From Octopus sinensis (lineage: Eukaryota), in assembly GCF_006345805.1 (NCBI RefSeq), contig NC_043008.1, forward strand, positions 29,264,001-29,328,000: a DNA stretch of 64,000 nt, read 5' to 3'. The notes under the pieces are model-generated. The model had not been told where the DNA came from, searched no databases, and worked only from the letters and a program-made list of their open reading frames with translations. Both the position numbers and the translations under genes were made by a program. Position 1 is the stretch's first letter. Each line of letters begins with the position of its first letter. Shown piece after piece: positions 39,775-53,268 of this stretch.

Positions 39775-40767
39775 TTACTTACTGCTCGAAAGTTTTTGCT
39801 TTCTCCTCCGTTGGTTTGTCCTCGAGAAGATCCCAGTACAGTTTCTTTGTGAGATTTTTTTGGCATTTACCAACCGCACTGGGGAAATGCCTTTGAGTGT
39901 GTGGTGCAGACTTTTGGAGATGTGTATTATTTTGATGTGGTCTGGTGGTGTTGTGTATGGGTGGTTGTTTTTTTTTATGTCATCTTCTGTTATGTTGTTT
40001 TTGATTGGATGTATTCCATCAAATTTTGTTTTTTTGTGTCTATGGCTGTGAGCATGTTTGCTGTATGTTTTTGTGGTGTTGGTGTGGCTGTTGTTTGCGT
40101 TGGGTTTTGAAATGTCTTCGGGAGATGTATTTCCCCCTGCTTTGTTCGTGTTTGCATTTGGTTTGGTTGTGTTTCTCTGCTCTTTATTTTCCTTCTTTTT
40201 GTAGCTATTTGCCATTCCTCACTGGTTTCGTCTTCCGACGAATTTCTGAGGAATCAGAAGGGGGTAGGGGTATGTTGTGGGCTTCTATGTATGTCTGTGT
40301 AAGTGGTTGTGTTGTTGATTTCGTTGTTGTTGGTTGTTGAGTGTTTGTGTGTGTTGAGTGCGGTATAAGGGATGGGGGATCAGTTTGTGTGTGTCTTCTT
40401 CTTTGTTTTTTCTGTTCCTTTGGGTTTTGCTGTTGATGGTAGTGTTGGTATTTTTCCAGGTGTCGAGTGGTTTTTGGTTGATGACGGATTAGCTTGGTGT
40501 GCTTCTCTTGTCGTCTTCTGTGTTGATGGTGGTGTGGGTAGTAGAGCTTTTTTTCCGGAGTGCTTTGGTTGGTGGTAGTGGTTGTTGTTGTTGCTCTTGG
40601 TGTGCAGTGGTTGGGCACGTCTTTTTCAAGTGTGTTTCGCTTCCACACAAATAGCAGCGTGGTCGCCTGCCCTTCTACCACTATATAGAGTTTGTAGCCT
40701 CCTGGCAGTTCTATAGCGGTGGGTATCTTCTCTCTTGCTGCTTCATCCAATTGAAGCAGGAATTCGA
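39775..40767 (-). pseudogene. Tx1-type ORF1 3' part with gag-like CCHC knuckle
   Basis: Removing one G from GAAGGGCAGG gives EGRRPR-CYLCGSETHLKKTC-P (CX2CX4HX4C, 40615-40656), followed by a low-complexity T/Q/K/N-rich tail. Confidence 0.8.
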
Positions 40768-41127
40768 TTGATTTTCGCTCCTGTCACCGCTTCGTAGTTT
40801 TTCAGTGTCTCGCCGACCAGCTCGATGTGCTCGTGGCTAGACACTATGACGGTGACGTCGTCCGCGTATGCAGACACGCTCGTCCCGCATCCCAATTCTC
40901 GCGGGATGCCCCTTAGAGTCGCCAGCTTCCGCAGTAGTGGCTCAAGAGTCAATACGTATAGAAGCGCCGAGAGGGGGCATCCCTGACGGACCGAACGTGC
41001 AATGTCGAAAGGTCTCGATAGATGTCCATTTACGCGAATTACCGAACGGATGCCTCTGTACAAGGCAGCTATCCAGCCGCGGAAGACGGGACCGAAACCA
41101 GCCGCTCTCAGGACTGCCTCCAAGTAT
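40768..41127 (-). repeat. 360-bp direct copy of the element's own RT region (37593-37952)
   Basis: Offset 3175; translations identical except S/F from one substitution (37908 G vs 41083 A). Confidence 0.92.
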
Positions 41128-41471
41128 AGATAGATAAATAGATAGATACATACATAGACAGGTAGATGACAGATAAATAGATATGGGCAAGTGGATAGTG
41201 AAGATTTAAGTGAAGAAAGATTACTAAGAAAGATATAATATCTGCTTAAAGATAATCTAACGAAACCAATAAACGGGACTTGGTGTTAATTGGGGATAGC
41301 ATTGCTGTATTATTAACGAACATTGTAAATATTTAAAAGTACATGAATGTGACTTTCCTAAACCGAACTTATAGCCTAAATGTAATGGCATTGGCTATAA
41401 GCGAACCGAAAGCAAGCACGAATGTATTGGCTTATCTTATCATGAATTCCATTTGCTCTATATATCTATAC

Positions 41472-41674
41472 TCATCATATTTCTGCCCGCTGTGCCAGAT
41501 AATCGAACTGAGAAATGAATCCCATCGGAGTTAACATTAACTAAAGTTATGTGACCTCCATTGGCTGCAAATATCACTGACATTTTTTTCCCTTCTGCCA
41601 TAGCTTCCGATAGTTTTACACACTGGAATATATGGAATGCGTCAATATGTCTAGTGGTAGAAAGATTGAAGTGG
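41472..41674 (-). CDS. Candidate exon 4 of uncharacterised minus-strand gene (HFNLSTTRHIDAF...SGTAGRNMM)
   Basis: Acceptor ATGTTTTATAG, 203 nt stop-free, donor GTATAG (moderate), phase 2->1. Confidence 0.5.
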
Positions 41675-43288
41675 CTATAAAACATCTCAGTTAGTTTTAG
41701 ATTTCATTAGATACAGATTGTTGATACAACTAACGCGAGACAGCTATACGAGTAAAGTTGTTTAATATATCACATCCAAATTCTTAAGTATTTATTCATA
41801 ATTTTGTTTTGTGGCGATAATGGATGCCTTAATTACACTCTCACTGGCATCTTTGTCAGTAAACAGAGAAGCACAAAAGCAGGTTTCTTAATTCCTGTTT
41901 GTCACTATATTGACATGATAGTTTGATATCCGCACATCGTGGTAGAAGAAAATGTTGCATTTCGTGAACATACGCGCAGGTGTGACTGTGCGGTAAGAAG
42001 TACGCTTCTCAACAATTTATTTCTGGGCTCAAACCTACTTCATAGAGATTTGGGTAGGTGATTTCTACTATAGCCCCAGGTTGAGCAAATCTCTGGAAAT
42101 GGACTTGATAGACGGAATCTCGTGGTATATGTGTGTAATAACCTCGGCGTGTTTATATATACACGTATATATATATATATACATGTGTGTATATAAACAT
42201 GCATACACACACATATATAGAATAAAATAGAACTGCGTGTGTGAGTATTTGCTTTTCCCGCGAAAACAGCTGCAGGAATTGCTTCCATACTTGTGTTGCC
42301 TGAATAATTTGACCTTGGAAACATGATACGGTCATCAGCTTATTTTTCTTAATCAAAAATGAATAATATTGCTTTATATTTATGATTCAATTCCTTAAAA
42401 ATGTTTCTCAATGTTAACTTCCGATTCTGATGTAGCAACGGCAAAATCTTCCGTTTTCATTTGCGAAATCTTTGACTCCCCATTCTAATGTTTTCGGTCC
42501 AAATTTTAATTCACTGTTTACAAATAACTACGATCAATTACGAAAAGAAATATTTACTAAGTTCACAAATTTAAATATTCGTTAAAACATAGTTTTTAAC
42601 GTGCTTCTATTTATACGATATTTTCATTTCATGTTTATATCATTTATTGTTTGCAACTTTCTCTCCTCCTCACCTCTCTCTCCCACTCACACAAACGCCC
42701 ATATTAACGCACGCACGCACAAACGTATACGCACTCTCGTGCGCACTCACACACCAGGTTTGATTTCGTTATTACAAAAATATCATATTAAAATTCTGCA
42801 ATTTAACATGGGACGTCCAAAAGAATATAGGCACTCTTTCGCTTGAACCTGCTCACATCGTTAATTTCCATAATTTGTTTTATTTATACTTTTTTATTTA
42901 TAATTTTATATTTATATTTATTTTTTTATTTATACTTTTCGCGTGCCGTGTTCACCGCTATGTATTTCCAGTCAGTCCCACACGCTCACGTGTGTTTTTC
43001 TATGTACGTTTGTATACATTTATGTGTTTTGGTGTGTGATAGAGAGCGTGTGTGCGTGTGTGAAGGGTTGTATTGTCATGTATACGTACATACATAAATA
43101 CACATGCATACCTCTTCCTTGTATGTAGTGCGTGTTTGTAACAGTGTGACAGAGAGAAGACAAAGCGAAAGAAACTGATGTCTAAGTGGAACTCACTATC
43201 TCTTTCTGTCTCACACACGCACACATACATACAAAAAGGTGAATGCTTATTTATGTATGTACGTACACATAGCACACCCCTTCTCTCG

Positions 43289-43371
<83 letters not shown>

Positions 43372-43499
43372 GTCCATTTCATTTGGTGCTTGATACTGTA
43401 TGTATATGTGTGATGGCACGTGCGCATCAGAAAAAAAGCAGAGGAAATTTCTCTCTTCATACTCCTTATGGCGCACGAAAAATTTTGTAACGACATTGC

Positions 43500-44720
43500 T
43501 ATTCTCCAAGGTAAGGTAATAAGAAGGAAATGCTGTCGCTGTACCATTTTCTGGTTTTGCTGCCACCATAGAACCAAGAGGACGAACAGCTCATCCTGCT
43601 TTTAAATTACCGCTAAACCTGGTCACAGATGACATCCAATGTGTAACATATGCAAAGCTTCAGGTTCAGAAGAAGTGTTGTGTTAATGATACCTGATCAT
43701 TTGAGATGAATGCACGATATCCCATAGAGGTGCAATGGAAGCTCTTAATAAGAACTTGCAGGGCGTAAGAGGCGACAATAAAGTTATAGGAGTTACAGTG
43801 GTTTTATCAGGAGACTTCAGACAGACATTATTAGTCATTCAGAGATGAACAAGATCTGATTAAATATAAGCATGCATTAATTCTTCACACCTATGAAATA
43901 CAGTACTGAAATTCTCCTTCAATACTAAAGTGCTAACATTATTACATGGGGACCGATCTGCAAAACAATTTTCAGGATGTCTCCTCCAATTAGAAAATAG
44001 GAAAGTACGATTTGATGACAAAGGTGATATCAGTTTCACTCGCATTACTATCATGGAGAATTCCCCAGCTAATTTCAAGAACATGGTATTTTCAGACTTT
44101 CACATAAACAGATGTGTGAAAGGGCAATTCGTCCTCTAAAAAATGAGGCAGTAGCAATTATTAACCATGAATTAATGAATAATACTCCAACAGTCATTAA
44201 GAAGTACAAATCAATTGGTTCGGCCTTTGAAGACAATCAAGCTTTCCATTACCCAATAGAATTCCTTTATTCTCTTGAGCTATCTGGAACTGTTCCACAT
44301 AAAATTTTCTGAAGGTAGGAGTCTCAAAAATACTTCCAAGAAATTTATATCCTCCTAAATTATGCAATGAGACAAGGTTGATTGCGAAGACATTATCACC
44401 TAGGGTGATAGAAGCTACGATCATCACCAGATATGCCTCTAGGGAAGAGGTTTTCATTCCAAGAATTTTCAATCAAACCAGCAAATATGCCATTTGAGTT
44501 CAAACGAACACAATTCCCAGTGCGACTTTGCTTCGCAATGTCTATGAATAAAACTCAAGGTCAGACTTTGAAATTTACTGGCTTGCATTTAATTGAACCT
44601 TGTTTTTCCCAAGGTCAAATTTATGTTCGTTGTTTCAGGGTTGATAGAGTGCACGACCTATTTATCTATGCTCCAAAAAAGAAAACGAAGAATGCTGTTA
44701 ATCCAGCAGAAGCGCTTACG
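43500..44720 (+). mobile_element. Helitron PIF1-like helicase fragment (pseudogenised)
   Basis: GRTAHPAFKLP, DECTISH, VVLSGDFRQTL, FIPRI, RTQFPVRLCFAMSMNKTQGQTL, FSQGQIYV. Confidence 0.9.
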
Positions 44721-44977
44721 CAATTTCTTTCGACATATGTGATAGAATGTATCTCCTTTCATAAAAGTGGTAAATTTTGTAATTTTGTTTTTTGATATTA
44801 TTGTTATTTTGTATTATGAATTCACAACTGATTTACCAATTAAAGAATAAATTCTATCCCAACTGAGGAATAACTTTCTAAACGACATATTTTACTTTTT
44901 TCTTCCAATATATATGGAACAATTTCATTCTCAGACTACGTCAGGTGCCTCTGTAAGTATGTATGTATATATATGTG

Positions 44978-45038
<61 letters not shown>

Positions 45039-45060
45039 ATATATGCATATATGTATGTAG

Positions 45061-45132
<72 letters not shown>

Positions 45133-45168
45133 GCAAAAAATATATATATATATACATACATATATATG

Positions 45169-45202
<34 letters not shown>

Positions 45203-45229
45203 CGTATATATATATATATATATATAGAG

Positions 45230-45278
<49 letters not shown>

Positions 45279-45479
45279 TAGATATATACACACACCTACA
45301 CACACATGTATATATATAAATATATACGTATTTGTGTATATATGTACGTATGTATCAATGTGTGCGTGTGTTTAAGATATTAAGTACTCTTGGCAACTCA
45401 TTCCACAAGAGCCTTTACCATGACATCTAAGAATACCGGCAGTCTAATGAGGGAAGTAGGTAAAATATTGACAAAGATG

Positions 45480-45615
45480 AAGTGAGGTGGCACAACCGCT
45501 AGCACACAAGATTATATGCTTAGCGGTATCTTTTCCGTCACAACGTTCTCATTTCAAATTCCGTGAGGGTCGACCTTCCGTTTCATACGTACAGCGTCGG
45601 TAAAATAAGTACCAA
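45480..45615 (+). mobile_element. tRNA-derived SINE (family B) head, degraded
   Basis: TGCTTAGCGGTAT..TTCAAATTCCGTGAGGGTCGACC..AAAATAAGTACC. Confidence 0.6.
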
Positions 45616-46171
45616 AATGCCGGCAAGGCGCCAAAATTTGAAATTAATTTTATACATGAGTGTGGATGATCGTGTGTAGCCATTTGTAGACACATTTTTG
45701 ATTTAATAATTCTCTACAATTATATTATTTCATAAAAACCTTCCTATGTATAGCTACCTATATTTCTCATTATCTGTCTGTATATTAATTTATCCACCTT
45801 CCTCCATGCACTCCCTCCAATCATAGCTGAAATGACTTGAAACTCTAACATCTAAGTAAATATGTATTTAGTAAATATCATTCGTGCTTCTCTGTACGAA
45901 TGCCTGAACAATCAAATACCTTACCACAAAAGGCAACGCCTCAATGCCGTCAGTTTGTTTTGATATGTGAGATGCTTTAGATCGATAAATCGGAAACTGT
46001 GATACTTGGATATGTAAGGCATTTGAGGATGGCTTGAATTTTTATATCTTCATGCATATGCTATTTGTCTCTGTCTGTGTACGTGATGGGGAAATTATGC
46101 ATGTGGTATTTGTATACATGTTTATGTATTCACGTGATATATGTGTGCGTGTAAGTATATGTATATGTATG

Positions 46172-46203
<32 letters not shown>

Positions 46204-46212
46204 GATACATAC

Positions 46213-46336
<124 letters not shown>

Positions 46337-46382
46337 ATATATATGTTTAGCATTTTGTTTTTATGTGCTTACTTGAGTAATT

Positions 46383-47583
46383 TAGTGCTGTTGGACAAAA
46401 TAAGGGAAACACATAGCAACCTAGCATCATTGCATCATAATACTAAAATATCTATAAAACTGTCAAAAGCTTGTTTATTTTTATGTTTTTTTTATTTATT
46501 ATTGTTGCTTAATGAGTTTTGCTAAAATTGCAGTTTCTTTTCAGATATCAATAGAAAAAGATTATTAAAATTCATTAAAACGACAGCTCTATCGGACTTT
46601 CAAAGAGGTCAAATTGTTGGTGCTCCTATGGCAGGCACTAGCGTAACGAAAACAGTCGAAATGCTTGGTGTAAGAATTACTGTTTCGAAAGTAATGACAA
46701 AAGTTTCAGATAGAGATCGTCAGGCTCTTACGCAAATTGCAAGAAAGGATCACAAAAGTGCAGATCCCAAATTACTGCAGAGCTTAATGATCACCTCGTG
46801 AACCCAGTTGCCATAAAAACTGTTCGCCGGGAGCTGCACAAAGCAGGATTTCATAGTATGGCTGAAATCAGAAAACCACTACTTTCTAAAACAAATGTTG
46901 CAAAGCGTTTAGAGTGGAGTAAAAACCAATAGAATTGGTCCCTAGAGCAGTGGAAGAATGTTATTTTCTCCTTTACCTTAAAGGTAAAGGATGACGAGTC
47001 ATCCTTTACATTATTTCCTTCAACCGGCCGAGTATACGTGTGAAGACAGCCAAAAGAAGCATTTGACACAGACTGCCTACTTCCAACCGTTAAATATGGA
47101 GGAGGATCAGTGATGATCTGGTGGGAGGGGCTATTTCTTGGAAATCCGCCAGCCCAATGGTTCCCCTTCATGGCAAAATTAAAACTCAAGACTATTTAAG
47201 CATGTTATCAAACCAAATTCATTCTATGGTTGAGGAGGGAAATGCGATCTTTCAGGATGATAATGCAACAATTCACGCAGCTAAAGTTGTTACTGAATGA
47301 CACAAGAAACATTCTAATGTAATTGAACATCTTACCTGGCGATCGCTGTCCCCAGATCTCAATATTATTGAACATTTATGGTGCAATTTAGAAAAGCAAG
47401 TCAGGATTCGATATCGTCCACCATCATCATTACAAGAACTGGAGACTGTTTTAGCTGAAGAATGAACAAAAATTCCTTTGGAAACAATTCAAAGTTTGTA
47501 GGCATCCAAAGGCTATCCTACCCGATATTAAGAAAAATTTGTTTGAAATTTTAATGTGTTACCATTATTTTATCCAACCACTG
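46383..47583 (+). mobile_element. Tc1-like DNA transposon, decayed, DD36E spacing, both TIRs recognisable
   Basis: LSDFQRGQIVGA, RKPLLS, F.S..DES, TVKYGGGSVMIW, FQDDNA, SPDLNIIEHLW. Left TIR TAGTGCTGTTGGACAAAATAAGGGAAACACA vs right TGTGTTACCATTATTTTATCCAACCACTG. Confidence 0.9.
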
Positions 47584-47597
47584 CATGTTTATATATA

Positions 47598-47649
<52 letters not shown>

Positions 47650-47674
47650 ATATATATATATATATGTATGTATG

Positions 47675-47734
<60 letters not shown>

Positions 47735-47896
47735 TATATATATAAATATATGTATATATATATATAAATATATGTATATATATATATATCTATATATATA
47801 TATATATATCTATATATATATATATATATAGATATATATATATATAAGCAATAAATAATCTCTGAACGAGGTATAAACACTAGCTGCACGACGATG

Positions 47897-47964
47897 TGAA
47901 GTATATTTGCAACATAAATGTGGCTAACCACTAAGGGTGGATGCTACTGTAGCTTGTAGCCTGG
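47897..47964. mobile_element. Single arm of the 8781-8993 MITE family
   Basis: TGAAGTATATTTGCAACATAAATGTGGCTAACCACTAAGGGTGGATGCTACTGTAGCTTGTAGCC. Confidence 0.75.
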
Positions 47965-48911
47965 AAAAATGATACATGTCTGTTTGTGTGTCTGTGTGCA
48001 TCAATGATCAATGTGTGTACTGAAGTGACAGAGTGAGAGAGAAAGAGAATTATAAAGAGTTTTCTAATTCTGTCAGCATATTTCAGTTACAGGCCATCAG
48101 TATACAAGAACTGTACAAGCAGTAGACTATTATATGTCATTGCAAGGACAACAGCGAAACTCGCATAAATAATTATTATTTAAATATTTCATTATTTATA
48201 CAGTGTATTATTCGATACCAGTAAACCTAACGAAGCTTCATGCCAGGCTATATTGGAATTATGGACAAACAAGCAAATTTACAAAATGAAGCCATTTAGG
48301 ACGTTGAAAAAATGTGAAGTTAAATAGAGTATTAATAAAAAGCTTCTGTGTTCCTACAATAAATTTAAAGAAATATATATTTTTTTAAAATGACACTCAT
48401 GATAATAACAGTGAAATGAACAAAAATCAGTAAATAAATGAAATCAACAAGAGAGAATTTCTAAGTAATCAATCGTTATGAGTTGTGCCAAATGTCATTG
48501 TAGAATTTGAAATGACATCACAGAGGCCAACATTTTCTGTATATATATGTGTATTGATTGGATATGTATACTGATATGTGTGTATATATGTACACATACA
48601 TGTATATATATATATATATATTTATATGCAGAACAATAAACAAAAGTAATTGAAAATCGTGCCTATGGATTAATTATCAATAATATTTATCCGGAAATTA
48701 TTCTGGAATACAAATTAATCTATTGTTGTTGTGGCCCTGAATGTAACGAGCTGTATTTTATTGACGAATCGCCAGAGACATTCGCATAGATATCGTGTGC
48801 GTATGCACATCTATGTATGCATTCGTGCATGTATATATGTATGTATGTATGTTTGTATGTATGAATGTATGTATATTGTATATCTATCTGTTTATCTCGT
48901 TCCCTGTCTGC

Positions 48912-48944
<33 letters not shown>

Positions 48945-50380
48945 GCGTGTGTGTGTGTGTGTGTGTGTGTTTGTTTCTTTTTTACCTTCTACACACACGC
49001 ACACACCCACATATATATATATATATATACGCACATATGTGTGCGTATGTATATATGTACATATATGTGTCTGCATAAATAAATATTTATACATAATATA
49101 TATTTGAAAATTAGTATATAGATTAAATATAGATATAATGTATTTGCTTTTTCTTTCGCTGTTAAAATATACTAGCCCGCTTACTATTCAAATAAATAGT
49201 AGGTTTTGCACGTTGCAGAATCTGTTAAACAGCGATGGCCATCGTACTTGATTTTGCATTTGGTTACACGCCTAGCAAGCATTTTCTTTTGCAATTAACA
49301 ACATTGACCCCCAATGTTGTTTTTATTCTTATCTTCAATGTTGTTACAAACGATGGACTGCTCATCTTTCGGCTGATTATCAGGAAATGTCCTCGATCAT
49401 TTTTCTCACTTATTTTGAAAAATAACACTTTCATAATACACAGATGAAGAAAAAGGATGCTATAATGCTGCCTATTTCCCCTATCGAAAAGCAACCTTTA
49501 ATCAAAATTATTTATTATTTTGGATGCTTAATGATTATTGACATCTTTAATGATAAAATGCTTAAAGACCATTTCCTCCTGAATATTATAACAAATATTT
49601 CATGATATTCGTGATTGCGAATGCATATTTCACTCTTTAAAGCAGCTTTTATTTGCATTGCGTCTTGCTTCAATCATTATATAATCACATAACTGCGATA
49701 CTTCATCGACATATAGATCTGTATATAACGGAAGCCGATATTAATGGATTAACGTATCATGGAATATATAAAAACAGGTTTTAAGTTAGTACAGACGTTG
49801 TGTACTTGTATATGGAATGGAAACTGGTTTGTCGGGGTTTTTGACTTCCGAAATATTAAAGGGAAGTTGGCAGACATTCAACCCTTACCACAAAGCTAAC
49901 ATGAAATGCAGCGAATACTCGATTTGTACTTCTGTCCGACAATTAGCAAGAAAAGTGTAATCCGACGAACTAAACTAATCCGTGGAGTAATATACAGAAA
50001 TTATGAAGTAGTCACCCAAGAATATTTGGAAATCTCGAATATTAGAATATTATATTACACATAACACTTGACTTAATAAAACAAATATTACAAATAGTAA
50101 CAAAAGTAATAACAGTAATCATTACAATATTTTAATATTACCTTTATCGTGGTCGTTGTCATATCGTTTATATTATATATGTGCATGTATGTATACATAT
50201 ACCCACGCATATATATATGTTCATAAATGCAAACATATATATATGTACATAGACACACATAGATGCACACACACATATGAATGCATGCATGTATGTATAT
50301 ATATATCATATATTGCAAACTCGTTTCATATGTGTAATCAGTATATGCACGTGTGTGTGTGTGTGTGCGTGTGTGTGTAT

Positions 50381-50411
<31 letters not shown>

Positions 50412-50751
50412 CTTTAAGTAGTACCCAGCTTTGTATACTTTGTATACTTTGTATACATAGCCAGCTATGTATACTTCGACGAAAGATTTAAAGAGAGGGA
50501 AATAGAATACCTGCTGTATTACAAATAGAGTTCTATTTGAGATAACAAATTCTGAGGCTAAGTCAATATAAAATGCTGCTGTTCATAAGAGGTTTATAAA
50601 GCATATCAATGAGTTATTAATGAACTTTATATAGCTGGGTAAATTTTAGACAATATAAAATCAGTTACACAAAAATTCACAGATCTGCTGCTTATTTTAT
50701 TTGTGGGTAAACGAGTGCCTATCGCCAAATTTCGAGAGAAGCAATCAATAT

Positions 50752-50864
<113 letters not shown>

Positions 50865-50872
50865 GCAGTACT

Positions 50873-51444
50873 TGCCCTGATGCAGTACCTGCCCTGATGC
50901 AGTACCAGGCAGTTGCTCTCATGGCTTCTGATCTTAACTGATTGGAAGTGTTATCATGTACATTGTTTTCTCTTGGTATAAAAGATGGGCTACAGCAAAT
51001 ATTCTGCTCAATACCACAGATTTGCTTGTCAGTTGTTTGACCTTAACCAGTTGAGCATGTCCCTTAGTGGCTGACGATATGTGCATCTCTGATCACGAGC
51101 AGAAGTAGTGGGGGAGCATCATAGCCATGTGTTGAGAAGGATTATTTGGGGTTTGAATAATTCACCTCTGGAAACATGGGTGTTTCGTTCAAGGTCCTTA
51201 AACAACCCTTATTCAGGGACCTTTTGAGCGGGATGGGTTACTCGATCTGAAGAAAATTCTAACTGGGCTCCACCTGCAAGGTCATGTGCTGTTTATCTTG
51301 ATATGAGATCACCATGTCGCGCACATATGGTTGTGATGCATGTGCCTGGTGTACCCTTATCAGACGGGTAGTCATGATGGGTATACTGGGCTTCGTATAT
51401 TTTACCCCAGTGTCACTTTGATGGCATGCTCTGCTCGCTCACTC
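50873..51444 (-). mobile_element. Non-coding interspersed repeat embedded in (AAT)n, copy 2 (more complete)
   Basis: Homologous to 2690-3171; terminal 17-mer TGCCCTGATGCAGTACC duplicated (50873-50906); (CTA)n/(AAT)n on the left, (AAT)n on the right. Confidence 0.8.
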
Positions 51445-51488
<44 letters not shown>

Positions 51489-51932
51489 TAATAATAATTA
51501 ATGTATGTGCAAATGTTGGTGTGTGAATATTCAGGATTGATAGCGAATAAAATTCATCTCCTATGAACATGCGTACCCCGTATACGTTTATCCACTGTGT
51601 AAAGCCTTCCAATAGACAGTCCCTCTGTCCTTTGTTCCTTCCTCCTTTCAGTTTTTCTATTGCTATAAAATGTAAATCATGTTACCCCTCATAGGGTATC
51701 CAGTGAACTTGACCGTGTTTCTGCTTACGGTATTGACATGCCTTCTCATAATTTTTATTGTTTTTACATTTTATGCCTCATAACACCATGATATAAAAGT
51801 AGTTAGTCATTCAGTCAGTCATTTGATGATATAATAATTTCGTAGTTTAATGAAAACAGGTCTTGTATAACATGACATGCTTCACTCTTGATATACTGAA
51901 AGGTTCTAATTCTCATTGTATACGTTTGTTAC

Positions 51933-52011
51933 CAATATATGATCTTGACATTTTTTAAGACATCTCCAACAAAGTTCAGGAAATGCATGTCATCTTTTGT
52001 ACTATGGGTGG
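51933..52011 (-). CDS. Candidate exon 3 of uncharacterised minus-strand gene (THSTKDDMHFLNFVGDVLKNVKIIY); alternative acceptor at 52027
   Basis: Acceptors CTCATTTGCAG (phase 1) or CATTTTCCTAG (phase 0, same frame); donor TG|GTAACA, phase 2 matching the 41674 exon. Confidence 0.5.
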
Positions 52012-52793
52012 CTGCAAATGAGTGACTCTAGGAAAATGTCGAGATACACCCACACGTAACGAAGCGAAGAACAATGCATGCTACCGCGTGTATGGGTGTA
52101 CTTGAGGACGTGCATTTCATTGCCCCATTACTGCTACAAAGCACCAAAGCTATAATGAAGCAGCACATAGTTACAGCAATAGTGACTGTGCGCGATATTG
52201 TATTCGTAAGCATTTAATTATGGGCCGTATCTCGGTTGGTTGAGTAACTGTCCATTAGATTTAATAAATATTTGAGATAATAAAAGTTTTAGAACTACTC
52301 AAGAGGTTTTAAAGAATATAGAAACAACACTGCATAATAATGGGCTCTTCTTATTTCACGCATTAATGCGTGAATATGTACCTATTAGAAATGCAAAACA
52401 GCGGACTAATACACATACTCAGAAATACATATGCACACACACACACATACACACACAAACACATACGCGAACGCGTATATATGTATGAATTTACATATAC
52501 ATACGTATTTATATATATATGTGTGTGTGTGTGTGTACGTATGTGTGTGTATATATGTGTGTGTGTATGTATGAGTTAATATAGATATATACTTATGTAT
52601 ATTTTTATATATATACATATATATATATGCATGTATATATACATGCATATAGATATACATATATGCATGTATGCATATATGTATATATATATATACACAT
52701 ATATATATATGTATATATATATATGTATATATATGTATGTATATATCTATATCTATATCTATATATACACACGCATATATATATATATATTCA

Positions 52794-52824
<31 letters not shown>

Positions 52825-52863
52825 GCACACACTAATCTAACACACTTGAACATGTATGCTTAC

Positions 52864-52911
52864 AGTAGAATTCAGCTTGACTAAGGTTTTTGTTTCGCAT
52901 GACAGCTTGTT
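52864..52911 (-). CDS. Candidate exon 2 of uncharacterised minus-strand gene (48 nt, QAVMRNKNLSQAEFY in phase 1)
   Basis: Acceptor TCTACGTCACTTACAG, donor GTAAGC, symmetric 48-nt exon. Confidence 0.4.
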
Positions 52912-53201
52912 CTGTAAGTGACGTAGAATTTATCATGTGTTCATAGAGGAAAACAAAAGAAATGCTTCACTGTTTCGAAGCTACATTCAATGAGCTATTA
53001 AGCTAGAGTTGTTGTTTAATTTTCAATGAATTTCTTCTTTAGATTATCAGTGGTAGAAATCTATCAACTTTACAGATCAGAAAGCAAAAGTGTAATATTC
53101 GTGAAAACTGGGGCAGAGTGAAAAATGTTCAAGTCAGATCAAATATATATACATATAAAATTGATATTAAAGAAAAAGACACACACACACACACACACAC
53201 A

Positions 53202-53261
<60 letters not shown>

Positions 53262-53268
53262 ATATATA

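Larger units (their letters stand above)
35900..40767 (-). mobile_element. Tx1/L1-clade non-LTR retrotransposon, 5'-truncated within ORF1
   Basis: ORF1 C-terminus, 27-nt spacer, ORF2 (APE-RT-CCHC), ~400-bp 3'UTR with AATAAA at 35925-35930 merging into (TA)n. Confidence 0.93.

Noticed and set aside
40760-40765. EcoRI site at the Tx1 duplication junction suggesting a cloning chimera
   Set aside because: GAATTC reads as in-frame ORF1 codons (E-F-L-L-Q-L-D) and the junction lies 2 bp beyond it; probably coincidental.
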